Assembly: GCA_038087875.1 (NCBI GenBank)
Contig: CM075990.1
Location: 14,572,001 to 14,636,000 of the forward strand
DNA from: Malacoraja senta
Lineage: Eukaryota
DNA: 64,000 bases
Reading direction: 5' to 3'
Under the pieces are notes generated by a model. The model was not told where the DNA came from. It was given only the letters and a program-made list of their open reading frames with translations, and made no database searches. Below, in pieces: positions 38,646-51,699 of this stretch. Position numbers and translations under genes: made by a program. Numbering within the stretch: position 1 is the first letter of the stretch; each line of letters opens with the position of its first letter.

Positions 38646-39939
38646 TGACTTCTGCAGCCATCTCACTGACAAGAACCTAAACGCTGACGTGCACAAAATC
38701 TCCAGGCTCTTCATTGTTGGAAGACCTCAAACTGGTGATTCGAGCAATCGCTACCTTATTGGCCGTGCTAGTAATCCTAACTGGCTGTTTCTCCCCCGGC
38801 TTTGCCTCGGTTGCCCAACTCTCCATTGGAGACAGGGCGCACAGCTGTGCTGTCCGAACGCCTTCCCAAAAAAGGCCCGCGGTTTATCTTGTCAGCACAT
38901 ATGATCTAAAAAGAATTGCAGAAGGTAAAATCAAACCAGCAGTGAGATAGATTCTCCCTACAGACTCATGAATTATGTTTCCAAGATTTGTCTGAGATTT
39001 TTCTCGAACTGATTTAAATCCTCTTGATTATCTGACAGCCATATTTAGACACACGGTGCCATTACAGATTTATTTCATCCTCTTCCACTCATCCCCACAG
39101 TGTCTTTAGCCAGATCGCTGGCACTCACGCAACTGGAATTTATGTCTCACAACATGTACCAGAATAGATTAAAAAAACAGGTGGTGTTTTTTTATTAATT
39201 TTCATTGATCAATCAAGGTACAATTTTTAAGAAACAATTAAGACTTTCATATCTGAAATCTTTCCAATAACTTAAACAGAAAAGTCAAGTAATATGCAGC
39301 CAAATAGAAATAACACCTGAAATCAATATAAGTTTCAAGCACAAGTTGTCATTGGTACAAATGGTGGATCTCTGGTCCTTGTTTGCAAAATTCCTGGTTT
39401 ACGCCTGTCCTGCCACAAATGAGTTTAGTAACCACTAATCTCCATTCAGTATAATTGCCATTTATCTTTTGAAGAGGGGACGTTTTAAAATATTAAATAC
39501 TCGGTGTTCTCTGAAACAATCTTTTGCACACCAATTAAATCAGTAAATGGTTGTTCCGAGTTTTAAAAGTCGTTTTCGGTTATTTAATTTGGTTAACTTC
39601 TCAGTAATGGACAAAACATTAAAAATGCACATTTTTATGATAAGCAGCATTTTTTGCTTTATTACTCGGACATAACTATTACATATACCATTGAGTATCC
39701 GATTAAAGACAAGAGAAATAATTGCTGTGTAAAACACTGTCCAATTTTGTTTCTCATGAAAGATGTTAGGTTCTGAACTATGCAAATGCGTTTGAGTCGA
39801 GATTTGAACTACAATTTTATTTTGTCCAATTAGCCCAATTGTTTGACGTTTGTAAACTATCATTTTTACAAATAGATCTAAAATGTAAAATGAAAGGTTA
39901 ACTTTGTCCACATGGTGTCATAATCAGACAGCAACGAAA

Positions 39940-40250
39940 CAATGGTGACACTGTGGTAGAGTTGCTGCCTTACAACACTTGTAGTGCCAGAGACCGGGTT
40001 CGATCCTGGTCACAGGTGCTTGTCTGTACGGAGTTTGTACGTTCTCTCCGTGACCGCATGGGATTTCTCCGAGAAAATCAGTTTCCTCCCACACTCAAAG
40101 ATGTACTAGTTTGTATATTAATTGGCTTTGGTATATATGTAAAATTATGTCTAGTGTAGGTTAGTGTTAACGTGCGGGGATGGCTGGTCAGTGTGGACTC
40201 GGTGGGCGAAGGGTCTGTTTCCGCACTGTATCTCTAATCTAAACTAAACT
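39940..40250 (+). mobile_element. tRNA-derived SINE
   Basis: B box GGTTCGATCC, core, CTAAA tail. Confidence 0.85.
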
Positions 40251-40254
40251 CCTC

Positions 40255-40860
40255 CGGCCTAACTTGTCCATGCCAGCCAATTCGACCAACAATGCCTATT
40301 CCACTTGCTTGTGCCTGGCCCATAACCCTCTCACCTTTCCTACCAAGTGTCTTTTGAATGTCATAATTGTTATTTTTAAGTATGTTCCCTTTCACCTTAT
40401 AGCTATGCCCTCTAGTTTTAGACTCCTCTACTCAAGGGGAAAAAACTGTGACTTTTCACCTTATCTATACTTATCTATAAGGTCAGGCTCCTAGATTTGA
40501 CAGACCCAGTTTATTCAGTTGTTCCTTCTAACTCGAATCCTCTAGACCCAGTAACATCCTCAATTTTATTTTTGCACCCTTTTCACTTTAATGACATCCT
40601 TCGTACAGTAGGTCACATAGTACTCTAAATGTCACTTTGCCAATGTTTTGTGTAGCTGTAACATGATGTCCCTACTCCTGTACTCAAAACCCTGACCAAC
40701 AAATGGATGCGTGCCAAACAAACTTCACATCTTCTTGGTCACCTCTTCAAAAAACTCAATTAACTTCATGAGGCACAATTTCCCGTGTAAAGCCTTGCAT
40801 ACTATTCCTTGTTAATCCTTGTTTTTCTAAATGCTGGTAGATCCCGTCTCTCAAATTGTG
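40255..40860 (-). mobile_element. Old CR1 fragment
   Basis: Degenerate CR1 ORF2 3' region. Confidence 0.6.
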
Positions 40861-41065
40861 CTAGCTTGCCAAATAAATTTGTCGTTCAAATTTCTGCTCA
40901 TACTTATTTGCATTGTTCAAAACATAATGGGTAACTTGGTTGCAATGGATGAGTTGTCCTGCGAGGCATGTTTCCATACTGTATAACTATGACTCAGTCA
41001 AAACTATTCTACAAACCAGGAGAAAATTCCAAGGCAACACGCCACAGACAAATGAAGATTATTTC

Positions 41066-41362
41066 AGTTTAGTTTAGAGATACAGTGCGAAAACAGGCCC
41101 CTTTGGCACACTGAGTCCACACCGACCATCGATATCGCACACTCGCACTGTCCTACACACACTGGGGACAATTCTTTACATTTATACCAAGCCAATTAAC
41201 GTACAAACCTGTATTCTTGGGAGTGTGGGAGGAAACTGAAGATCAAGGAGAAAAACAACGCAGGTGACGGGGAGAATGTACAAACTCCGTACAGACAGCA
41301 CCCGCGTTCAGGATCGAACCTGGGTCTCTGGCGCTGTAAGGCAGTAGCTCTATCGCTACACC
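41066..41362 (-). mobile_element. tRNA-derived SINE
   Basis: (TTTAG)n tail and GGATCGAACC (reverse B box). Confidence 0.85.
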
Positions 41363-42178
41363 CATTTGCAACTAAAATTATTTGGGGAGGTACCAAAAAC
41401 ACACTTGGCACCTTCCTAAAATATAAAATATTCTGAATAAAGTGTTATTTTAAATTTATGGCATGAACGATATAACCTGAGATTAGCTCATCAACCATAA
41501 AATTAAGCCTCCTTAAATTCTTTGTCATATGATGTGTTTGACATCCGGAACTCTTTGCCAGAGGAGGCAGTAGAGTCAGATACAAACAATATCTTCAAGA
41601 GACATTTGGACAAGTACATAAATGGGCAAGGCACAGAAGGGTATGAAGCTAATGCAGGCATTAAGATGAGTGTACATAGAACAATACAGGACTGCAATGG
41701 GCCCTTCAGCCCACAATGCTTGTGCCGAACATGAAGCCTGGTTAAACTGATCTCATCTCCCTGTACATGATCCATATCCCTCTATTCCCTACACTTCCAC
41801 TTGAATGCTGCTATTGTATCGAAATCTGTAATGTAGATGAGCAAAAAAGGTAGGTGTGGATGTGGTAAGCCAAAGGGACCGTTTCTGTGCTGTACAACTC
41901 TACTGTACGACACTGCCAATTAAAGAGACCCAAGTATCAATCCTAAATATTCTTGAATGTTTCTGTCACATCAGTCTCGGGCGACAGAGCAGAAAGAATG
42001 CATAATTGGTTTAGATTTCCTCAGGGTACAAATAACACACAGATCAGGGCTGTACTTGCTATTCCTTAGTCTTCCGATTGGATGCAACAACCCCCATTTA
42101 AAAGATACTTGTACAGGTGCATGGATGGGAAAGGTTTAAAGGGATATGGACCAAATGCGGGCAAATTAGACTAGTTTA

Positions 42179-42720
42179 AGGGGCTGTCCCACTTGGGCGA
42201 CCTAATTGACGAGTTTAGAAGAGTTTGAAAAAATGACATGTTGAAGACCTCCTTTGACTATGTAGAAGACCTCCTTCGACCTCCTTCGACTATGTTGAAG
42301 ACTAGCTATGACTAGCTACGACTAACTTCGGGAAAATTGGACACTGAATAGTGGAGAGTGAAGACGACCTCCTTCGATCTCCTTCGACCTCCCTTCGACT
42401 ATGATGAAGACTATCTACGACTACCTTCGACTCCCCACGATTACCTATGACTAACATGCCGACCTACTACGACTAAACCTACGAGTAAAAATGTGTTGAT
42501 TTTTTCCATTGCGACCTTTTTTTACTTACGGGTATTTTTTAACATATTGAAAAAAACGCCCGACCTAGCTGAGGCCTCGAGAATGCGGAGACCACTCTCG
42601 AGCATGAAGGAGAGTTACGAAGACCTCCTACGACCTCGTGTCGACCATGCTGCGAGTACAACAGTCAAGGGCAAACTCACCAGAACTCGCGGATTAGGTC
42701 ACCCAAGTGGGACAGCCCCT
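42179..42720. mobile_element. PIF/Harbinger-type MITE inserted in a CR1 tail
   Basis: TIR AGGGGCTGTCCCACTTGGGCGACCTAAT / ATTAGGTCACCCAAGTGGGACAGCCCCT; TTA on the left flank; internal GACCTCCTTC and GACTA repeats. Confidence 0.88.
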
Positions 42721-42871
42721 TGATATAGGGCATCTTGGTGGGCAGGTCAAGTTGGGCCAACGAACCTGTTTCTTTACTCTATGACTCCATGTATCAGTGG
42801 TGAAGAACTTGATCAAGTTTCCCACATCTTTATATGGGAAATACAGTTGAATAGCAACCAAAGTATTCATG

Positions 42872-43045
42872 TGTAGGAAGGAACTGCAGATGCTGGTTTC
42901 AACCGAAGATAGACACAAAAAGCTGGAGTAACTCAGCGGGACAGGCAGCATCTCTGAAGAGAAGAAATGGGCTTCTCTTCTCCCATTCCTTCTCTCCAGA
43001 GATATTGCCTGTCCCGCTGAGTTACTCCAGCTTTTTGTGTCTACT
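42872..43045. mobile_element. Fold-back Penelope terminal insertion
   Basis: Inverted units; AAAGTATTCATG duplicated at 42860 and 43046. Confidence 0.85.
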
Positions 43046-44053
43046 AAAGTATTCATGGCTGATTAAGTGGGAGAATGTCTCTGTTACCTGCACTACCACT
43101 GGAGCTGCTGCCTTATGGCACTCAAGACGAGTTTACAGAACTCTAATTAAATTCGATAATGTGAAAATATTCTACTGTTGCGGTCATAAAAGTGAAACTT
43201 TAATAGAACTTTGTGTGCAAAAACATTTGGAACAGAAGCAGATATTTTCCCCCTTCACAAACCATTGTGGTCAAAATGGTGAATGGTCGACAAATTTTTC
43301 AGGATGAAGGAGTTTTACTTTTAGGAGGAATGTTGTTCAACAAGGAAAATGTGCATAATTTTTTTATGGATTTATTACCAAGATTAATAATTTGTTTTCC
43401 TGAGGACATGTGCCTCATAGAGTCCATTATCCTTGTATTTCTAGCAGGTAACGTTCATTATTCTGTTGTCACCATTTGCATCTTCTCCATGATTTAACTC
43501 TACACTTGCTTTGCTTCCATCCATTCTTCCTTTCCACCACCAACGTGAAACGAATGGTTCTATGATATTATCTCTTGAAAAACAAATCATGAGTGTCTAA
43601 ATTCATGTGGTACCCTGGACGTACAGCCCACAGTTTCCAAGCTTCAAGAGGATTCATATTGTATCATTCTGGTGCCATGGTTTTCTCTTCCAAACTTCTG
43701 CCTTCTTCAGCTCTTTCAACCAAATTGCTAATACTTTTAAGAATACGTGACCCATTGATGTTGTGAGAAATTTTTTAGATGAATGTCATGAGCATTTATG
43801 TGATCAAATATGATCATTTATATTGTGGCAAATTCTTATTCTGCTTCAAACATTCTGCCTGTTTCAGCTATGCTAGTGGGGTCAAGGAAAGAGCGTTCAC
43901 GTCGCGGCCCTGTTTCCACCAATCTTTCCACCACCATGCACATGACGGGCACCATTGTATGCAGATGCCGAGAAATGTGTTCAGATCTGGCTGAACAACT
44001 TCTAATCTTGTGTGTGGACTCGATGAGAAGAAGCTATGCTAGTCACTATCACA

Positions 44054-44375
44054 AGGGCAGCACAGTGGTGCAGGTGGTAGAGCTGCTGCCTCACAGCGCT
44101 AGAGAGATGGGTTCAATCCTAACCTCGAGTCCTGCTGTGCAGAGTTTGCACGTTCTCCTTGTGACCGCATGGGTTTCCCCGTGTGCTCCGGTTTCCTCCC
44201 ACATCCCAAAAGATGTGTGGGCTTGCAGGTTAATTGGCCTCTGGAAATTACCCCTAATGTGGAGGGAGTACATGCAAAAAATGAGTTAACGTAGAAGTAG
44301 TGTGAATGGGTGGTCGGCATGGACACGATGGGCCTATTTCCCTGCTGTATCCTTCGATCAATTAATTAACCAATT
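44054..44375 (+). mobile_element. tRNA-derived SINE
   Basis: TGGTGCAGGTGG A box, GGTTCAATCC B box, core. Confidence 0.85.
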
Positions 44376-44414
44376 GAAATAGCCCACGAAGCTACCATAT
44401 AGTCCAATAACTGA

Positions 44415-45346
44415 GCATGTCCGGAGTGGCAGCGCGGCCCTGGCTGCAGCGGCTCATCGGCAGTCCCGTTGTTTATTTTGTTTTGGTTAGTCTAGTTTTT
44501 GGTTCTTAGTTTGTGTTTTGGGGGGGTGGGGGGGGTTGAAACGGGGTTTGCAGTCTCTCCCTGCGGGGGAATGCGATTTTTTTTGTCGTATTCCCCTTCT
44601 CTGCCTCCGTCTGCGCTGAGGCCTAATGGAGCTGATGACCTCGAGGCTCCGGAGGCAGAGCCCGTCAGGACTCACCCTGAGCTCGCTCCCGTGAGGGTGG
44701 TCCGGCTCAGGCCTGGAACAGTGCTCCCGTGAGAGGTTGTGGACAGCGCTCTCGTGAGGGCGGCCAGCCCAAGGGTGGAATGAGGCTCCCGTTGGAACGA
44801 CCGAGCTCGGGGAGGTGCGGCGCTCGCAGCCCGAGGGAGGTTCGGCGCCCATGTCGGGGCGGCCCGGCCGGGGGGAGAAGCGACGCCCAAGTTGGGGCGG
44901 CCCGGCCCGGGGAAGAAGCGACGCCCATGTCGGGGCGGCCCGGCTCGGGGAAGGTTCGGCGCCCACGTTCGGAGGTTCGGAGCACGGTACTCACGTGAGG
45001 GTAGCTGGGACGGTGTTCTGGCGGTGGTGGCCTGAGTCCGGGGTTCGGCCGCGGGCCAGCGGCTGCTTCTGCAGGACTGGTGGGCGGCAGCTTCGACCAC
45101 CCCGGGCCGCGGTGTTTGAGCCGCGGGACTGATTATAACATCGCCCGGGGGGTATCGCCTCAGCGCAGAGGGAGAAGAGGAGGGAAGAGACTGCAGACCT
45201 AAGACTTTTGCCTCCATCACAGTGAGGAGATGCTGGATGGACTCACTGTGGTGGATGTTAATATGTGTTTATTGTTGTTTTTATTGTATTATATGTATGA
45301 CTGCTGCAATTTTGTCCAGACTTCGGTCTGAATGACAATAAAGGCA

Positions 45347-45377
<31 letters not shown>
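44415..45377 (+). mobile_element. GC/CpG-rich non-autonomous retroposon with Rex1-like tail
   Basis: Sharp GC jump, internal ~38-bp tandem repeats and inverted repeats, ends GAATGACAATAAAGG(ATCT)n. Confidence 0.7.
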
Positions 45378-46474
45378 GTGAAAACATAGCAAGTAGAAGC
45401 AACAATATTTGCCCCTTCTGACACTGTCCATATTGGAACCACATCTCAGAAGTCATCGCACAAGCAAATGTTTCAGTCAGCTCATCATTGTGCAAGTTGA
45501 AAATATATTCAGTAATCAAAAGGGTATTATGATATTAAAAAATAGACTTGCATTATATCCAATCACATTATACACTATAAATACACATCCTATTTTGCTT
45601 TCATGTCCTTATCTATTTAATGGGCAAACTGAAAACACTAGTGAGATGTGACCAGCTACAAATCACGAGGTAGCTTTATTTTACAGAAATCACACAGATG
45701 TACTTTGTGTCAGTTGTAATCAAAATCCACTTACTTCACATAACTTTACAGCATTCCTGAGGAAGGAAACATAAACCAGTATGCCCTTGGTTAGTCGGCT
45801 GAGTAATACTTTGCTTTGGACTGCCTAGCACAGAAACAGACCCAGATTTGTATACATTTAGCTGGAACTAATCTTGTGACAAAGTGGCTAGGCCCATCTT
45901 GCCTTTCCCAGATGATGAACCCAACCAACTAACTGTGAACAAGGATTTTTCTCTATTAATTACTTGTTATTGGATACTTTGGTACAGGTTATGGTGACAG
46001 GAAGTGCATGATTTGTTTCTGCTTAGTGTTTTGCCAACAGACCTTATAATGGCCTTGTCACAAAAGCAGATTCAAGACAGGCAGGCGAGGCTCAGATGAC
46101 TGGGTGATAGATGTGAACGGTGATAAGATGTCGGAAGCAAGGCAACAAATTAGCCTTTGTCCCCAACCGTTTGGGAAACAGAGGTCACCGCCCTATTAAG
46201 ACACGCGGAAGCAGGTTGTACAGGGACAGCTTGGGAATGGTGTGGAGCACTGCAGTGTGAATGGAAACCCCAGCATGAGTTACAATTTGCCGGATATACT
46301 GCAACATGTTTCAGATTCTTCCTGCATTCGCAAAGAACCCCAAAGGAGTTTTACTTGTTTTTTGGGGGGATCTGGTCATCACTAGGCCAGCATTAGTGTC
46401 TGAAGAAGTGTCCCGACCTGTAACATCGCCTGTCCTTTCCTTCCACAGATGCTGCCCGACCCGCCACTGAGTAA

Positions 46475-46684
46475 AGGGCCTGTCCCACTTGGGTGTCATT
46501 TGCGCGTCATTTACACGTCATGATGCACGATGTGCGCGTAGTGACTCGCACGTGATGCGAGCATGGTGCATGGTGACGTAGGCAGTGACGTGCGGTCGCG
46601 AGGCGCCCCAGGAATTTGGGATGTAAAAAATCTTCGCGCGCCATCTGCGTGACGCGCAAATGACGCCCAAGTGGGACAGGCCCT
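46475..46684. mobile_element. PIF/Harbinger-type MITE inserted in a Penelope end
   Basis: TIR AGGGCCTGTCCCACTTGGG.GTCATTTGCGCGTCA and its inverse; flanks TAA / TTA. Confidence 0.9.
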
Positions 46685-46809
46685 TTACTCTAACACTTTC
46701 TGTGTTACCCAGCTTTTTTATTGTCTATACTTAATTACTCTTGAGAAGGTGGTGATGAGCTGGCTTCTTGAACCACTATTCATTAATGTGTTGTACTTTA
46801 TTGGTATTT

Positions 46810-47290
46810 GCTTTATTATTGTCACTAGCACAGAGATATATTGAAAAATGTTGTCTTGTGTGCAATCCAGTCAAATCATACCATATACGATTACAATCAA
46901 ACCATACACAAACACAATGAGTGGTGCAAAGAAAAAAATCAAGAATTTACAATATAGTATTACAGCCAAAGAGAAAGTGCAGATATGAAAGTTGCAAGGG
47001 CCGCAGAGAAGTAGGTTGGGATATCGGGACTACATGCTTAGCTTATGAGAGGTCAATTCAATAGTCTGTGAACAGTGGGAAGAAGCTGTTCCTAAATTTG
47101 TCGGCATGCAAATTGAAGCATTTGTACCTTGGCCCTGACAAGAGAGGGTGGAAGAGGGAATGACTGAGGTGTAAATTGACCTTGATTGTATTGGCTGCTT
47201 TCCCAAGGCAGAGTGAAGTGTACAGTGTAATGTGGATATATAGGTGTGAGGGAGGCTAGTTTGTGTGATGGACTGCGCTGCATCCACAAT
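46810..47290 (-). mobile_element. Rex1/Babar 3' fragment
   Basis: IVDAAQSITQTSLP on the minus strand; TTTATTATTGTCAC tail. Confidence 0.7.
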
Positions 47291-47494
47291 GCTTAAGGAG
47301 CCCAAATCCACAATCCTCCCTCAAAGGCAATTCAGTTCTGGGCTCCATGAGGCAAAGTGGACCATCAGCAGTAGCTGAAATGCCCACCACCACAGTTGTA
47401 ACCTCATGGCTTGGCAATCCCTCACTGTGCACTTGTACCCTTCCTCAGTGAAGAGAGCAGAAAACATGCTGTGTATAGCATTGGGTATCCATAG

Positions 47495-48065
47495 AAATAG
47501 TCATACCATGTGGAAACAGGCCCTTTGGCCCAATTTCCCCATGGTGATCAACATACCCTTCTATGCTATTCCCACCTGCCTGCGTTTGCCCCATATCCTT
47601 CTAAACCTGTCCTATCCATGTGTTTAAGAAGGACCTGCAGATGCTGGAAAATCGAAGGTAGACAAAAGTGCTGGAGAAACTCAGCAGGTGCAGCAGCATC
47701 TATGGAGCGAAGGAAATAGGCAACGTTTCGGGCCGAAACGTTGCCTATTTCCTTCGCTCCATAGATGCTGCTGCACCCGCTGAGTTTCTCCAGCACTTGT
47801 CTACCTGTCCTATCCATGTACCTGTCTAAATGTTTCTTAAACTTTGCAATAGTACCTGCCTCAACTACCTCCTCCAGCAGCTTGTTCCATACACCCACCC
47901 ACTTGTGTAAAAATGTTACTCCTCGGGAGTAATTTTAATAACATTTTAATACTTCCTATTAAATCCTTCCCTCCTCACCTTAGACCTATGTCCTCTAGTT
48001 CAAGATTCCGCTACTCTGGGCAAAAGACGCTGTGCATTTATCTGATCTATTCCCCTCGTGATTTT
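47495..48065 (-). mobile_element. CR1 3' fragment with fold-back Penelope insertion (47622-47802)
   Basis: WNKLLEEVVEAGTIAKFKKHLDRYMD; 17-bp duplication ACCTGTCCTATCCATGT. Confidence 0.88.
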
Positions 48066-48776
48066 GTCCAAGGTGATTTTGGTCGTGATTTTGTAATGGT
48101 GAGGTGCCAGTCTCGCGAAGTTGTTTGACAGGACTAATTCTATGGGAAACAGCAAGATCCGTGTGCAATAGATAGAGCTAACTGATTTCACCACTAATTG
48201 AGTCAATCGAACCTTTGCAGTCCTACCACATCTACTTGTGATGAGGGTGAACAATTAAACAGCTCATTCATACACATAATTTCACAGACTTCATGAAAAA
48301 TGCTGCAAGCTTTCATTCACTATTTATTTTTCATGGAAATTAAATTGCAGGTACTTGCAATGTACTTGGCACTCTAATCTCCAGGCAGTTTGTTTTATAA
48401 TGATTCATGAAGGTTGTTTAGTTTAATTGAATGGTTTATGGTCAGCTTTTTTACAATTATATGACCACATTTGCCCATTTCAATCATGTTCGGATGCTTT
48501 ATCAATAACCTTTCCTCAGTCAAAAGTGTAGAAGCTTTGAGGTTTGGACAATGTTCAGTTCCAATTTTTTAATTTACAGTGTAGTCAGTAGAACCAAGAC
48601 AATATCTGGGCTTGGGCATGGGTTTATGACCAGCAAGTAATATTTACGCCAAACATGTGCCATAGCGACCATGTCTTTCAAGGGTAGACACAAAATGCTG
48701 GAATAACTCAGCAGGACAGGTAGCATCTCTGGAGAGAAGGAATGGGTGACTTTTGAGGTCGAGAGTATGTCTATGG

Positions 48777-49075
48777 TTAGTTTAGTTTAGAGATACAGCG
48801 CAGAAACCCTTCGCCCCACCAAGTCCACACTGACCAGCGATCCCCGCACATTAACACTATCCTACGCACACTCAGAACAATTTACACTTATACCAAGCCA
48901 ATAAACCTACAGACCTGTACGTCTTTGGAGTGTGGGATGAAACCGAAGATCGCGGAGAAAACCCATGCGGTCACGGGGAGAACGTACAAACTCCGTACAG
49001 ACAGCACCCGTAGTGGGGATCGAACCCGGGTCTTCAGCGCTGTAAGGCAGCAACTCTACCACTGTGCCACCGTAC
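48777..49075 (-). mobile_element. tRNA-derived SINE
   Basis: Reverse complement of the 29608 family; GTATGTCTA on both flanks. Confidence 0.88.
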
Positions 49076-49189
49076 CGTATGTCTAATTACCTCCCCGGGA
49101 CACCTAAAGCATTGATGTCAATTTATCACCTTCTATATTCTATAAATGAATCGAAAATGTAACTGGATTAGGCATGTATATCCCATGGG

Positions 49190-49600
49190 GAGTAACTCAC
49201 CTGCTTATCCAAAGGATTTATTCAACTGGTTACATCACCCTGAATGATGACTCCATCCACCACTGGCGCATCAAGGTTGCTGTTGACAAATCATCTACAA
49301 AACAAAAGCACTTTCATTATTTGCCTTGACAATATTAGCCAAATCCATGACCTTTGCTAACAAAGGCAAGGCAGAAGCACATGGCATCACCATCAACTGC
49401 AGGCATCCTTCCAAGTTACAGAGTCCCATAGTGGAAATATTGCCTTGCTCATTCATCATTGCTGGCTCCAAATCCAGGAGCTCCTGACCCCAACATCACT
49501 GCAGGTGGAGGTCACACCACAGATCCCGTAGGGATTCATGATCACTATCACCTTCCTAAGGGCAACTCTGGATGGACAATAAATGTCGATCTTGGTATGA
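49190..49600 (+). mobile_element. Ancient CR1/L2-type 3' fragment
   Basis: CACCTTCCTAAGGGCAACTCTGGATGGACAATAAATG tail; related reverse piece near 46740. Confidence 0.5.
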
Positions 49601-49859
49601 TCTAATAAAAAAAAATCTAATGTGGGGAAGATTGAACTGGGTAATTGTTTTCCTCTCAATGTCAACTGTCAAAGTGGACAACCTTAGTTGTGAAAGCTGG
49701 TCCTAATTTGAACATCCATGAAAATATTTTGAGATAAGTTACTCAGTAAATAATGGTACCTTGAACTGTGCATTCATAGAGAGCATTTGTTCCAAGCCAT
49801 TTAATATCACTGGTGGGTTTGTGCAGAGGGTGTGTGAGAGGGAGGAATCTTGCATCGTT

Positions 49860-50700
49860 GCTTTTGTCTTTATGCAACGATGATTGATGCAAGAAAAGAT
49901 CTGAATCCAGGCATGCATGTTATTTCTGAGAAGCCTCTTAACTGAATCCAAATGCGTGCTTCGAGTGATGTTTGTGAGCAGCTCATTCACCTAGTCCTGT
50001 TTGCTGATAACTACACACAAAGTAAATGCCCAGGAGGATTTGCAGCTGATTGTGGAAGAACTACAAGCTTACTGTGAGCCTAAAAAAGACAGAGGTGATT
50101 ACTAAGAGTGGATTGTTACATCAAATCATCCATCACTATCAACAACAATGAAATGAATGGTTACCTGCCTGGGAAACTTGCCATCGACCACTGGTCTCGT
50201 TGATCAAGAGATGCTTCCTTACATCACAAAGGTCAGTTGCCCTGTTGTCAGTGAGTAAGTGAGTCTGGAGTCAGCAATGGTATCAGTTTGCAACCAGGCA
50301 GCTTTGCGATTGAAGGACTACAATTCAGAAAATCTGTAGGTTATTTAACTGCGGAGACTTCATTAAGTTGATAATTATCCCATCCTTATTGGGTGTCCAT
50401 ATACGTCCAGCATAGGTCAACTGCAAGGCATCAAATGGGAGGAGCACGCAATCTCCGACCTATAGATCCGTCTCCCCAAGAGTTATTTGGAGTCTACTCT
50501 TGCATCCATTTCTCAAAGGAAAAATATATCCTGAGGCTGATTTTTTTTTAAAAAGTCAATAGTGACAGAAAGTTGTCACCTTGTGCAGGACGATCTCCGA
50601 TCAGGTACCAGTCTCCCCTTGAGATCATTGTACCAGTCTCCCCTTGAGATCATTGGTCTCTAGTCGTGGCACCTGATGTGTTGATGACAAAGGTTGCTGC
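49860..50700 (+). mobile_element. Highly degenerate RTE LINE RT region
   Basis: Remnants LFAD, QEDLQLIV, LTVSLKKTEV with frameshifts. Confidence 0.5.
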
Positions 50701-51699
50701 TCACCCACTGTAGTCTCCAGTCAGTTAGAGAGTTAAACTCTTTCTCCCAGAGTGGGCAAGAGGAGATATAAGGGTAGACGCAAAATGCTGGAAAAACTCA
50801 GCGGGACAGGCAGTATCTCTGGAGGGAAGGAATGGGTGGCGTTTTGGGTCGAGACCCTTCTTCAGACTAATGTCAGGGGAGTGCGTGGGACAGAGATAGA
50901 ATGTACCTTAGATTTCAACCAGCATCTGCAGTTCTTTCCTACACACTAGGAGACATAAGGGTCTGCACACAAAGCTGACATAACCCATCCTGCAGCACAC
51001 ACTGAAAAAGTGCCCTTGTTTTAGCATGGCGGAATCTCTCCTCCAGTAAAGGAGATAATTAAATTTAATTCCACGTGGCTGCATAGCTCTTGCACAAGTT
51101 TTACATGTGATTTTGCATCTTCCCTGATGAACTTGAATTGTTTCATCGAAACATTTCCATGATATTGAAACCCTGCTCGCAGTGGAGAGTGGTCTAGGGT
51201 GATGAGGCTGCAGATTGATTTGTCAGTGCAGCGGTGTTCGTGTACATCACGGTTGACCACAGGTCACTGAGCCCCCCCCCGTTGAGACATAAGGAACAGC
51301 AGATGCTGGTTTACACAAAAAAGCTCTCAGAGGTGCTGGAGTAACTCGATGATCAGGCAGCATCTCTGGTAGGTGATGTTTCAGGTCTCAACTCTTCTAC
51401 ACACAGGTACAACATTTAACAGAGAAAACAGGACAAAGGTACAACAATCCCTGATCCTCAGACACAGGAATCACTACATCTTTCATTGCAGTTATTTTGT
51501 AAGAAAAATAGAGTAATGGTTGTCTTTGGAATGTGTTAGGATGACTTGGGAGGGTCAAGCAGTAATCGAAATGCAAACAGCTACAGGTACACAAAATCTG
51601 AAATAACTCAGCAAGGTTTCTAATGGGACCACTTCCTCTGTAACTTCCTCATCCCCAACAACCACAGGAGGTGCAATGCTCATTCTTGCACCTTCCTCA

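Noticed and set aside
42240..42480. CRISPR-like or coding repeat array
   Set aside because: Units are short and irregular with no unique spacers or cas genes; they lie inside a TIR-bounded MITE in eukaryotic DNA
44632..44665. CTGATGA as a hammerhead core
   Set aside because: No GAAA follows the potential stem II
44487..45220. Overlapping Pro/Arg/Gly-rich ORFs
   Set aside because: Expected from GC-rich tandem repeats; no domain or splice structure
50606..50656. Tandem duplication of GTACCAGTCTCCCCTTGAGATCATT
   Set aside because: Ordinary local slippage within a decayed LINE
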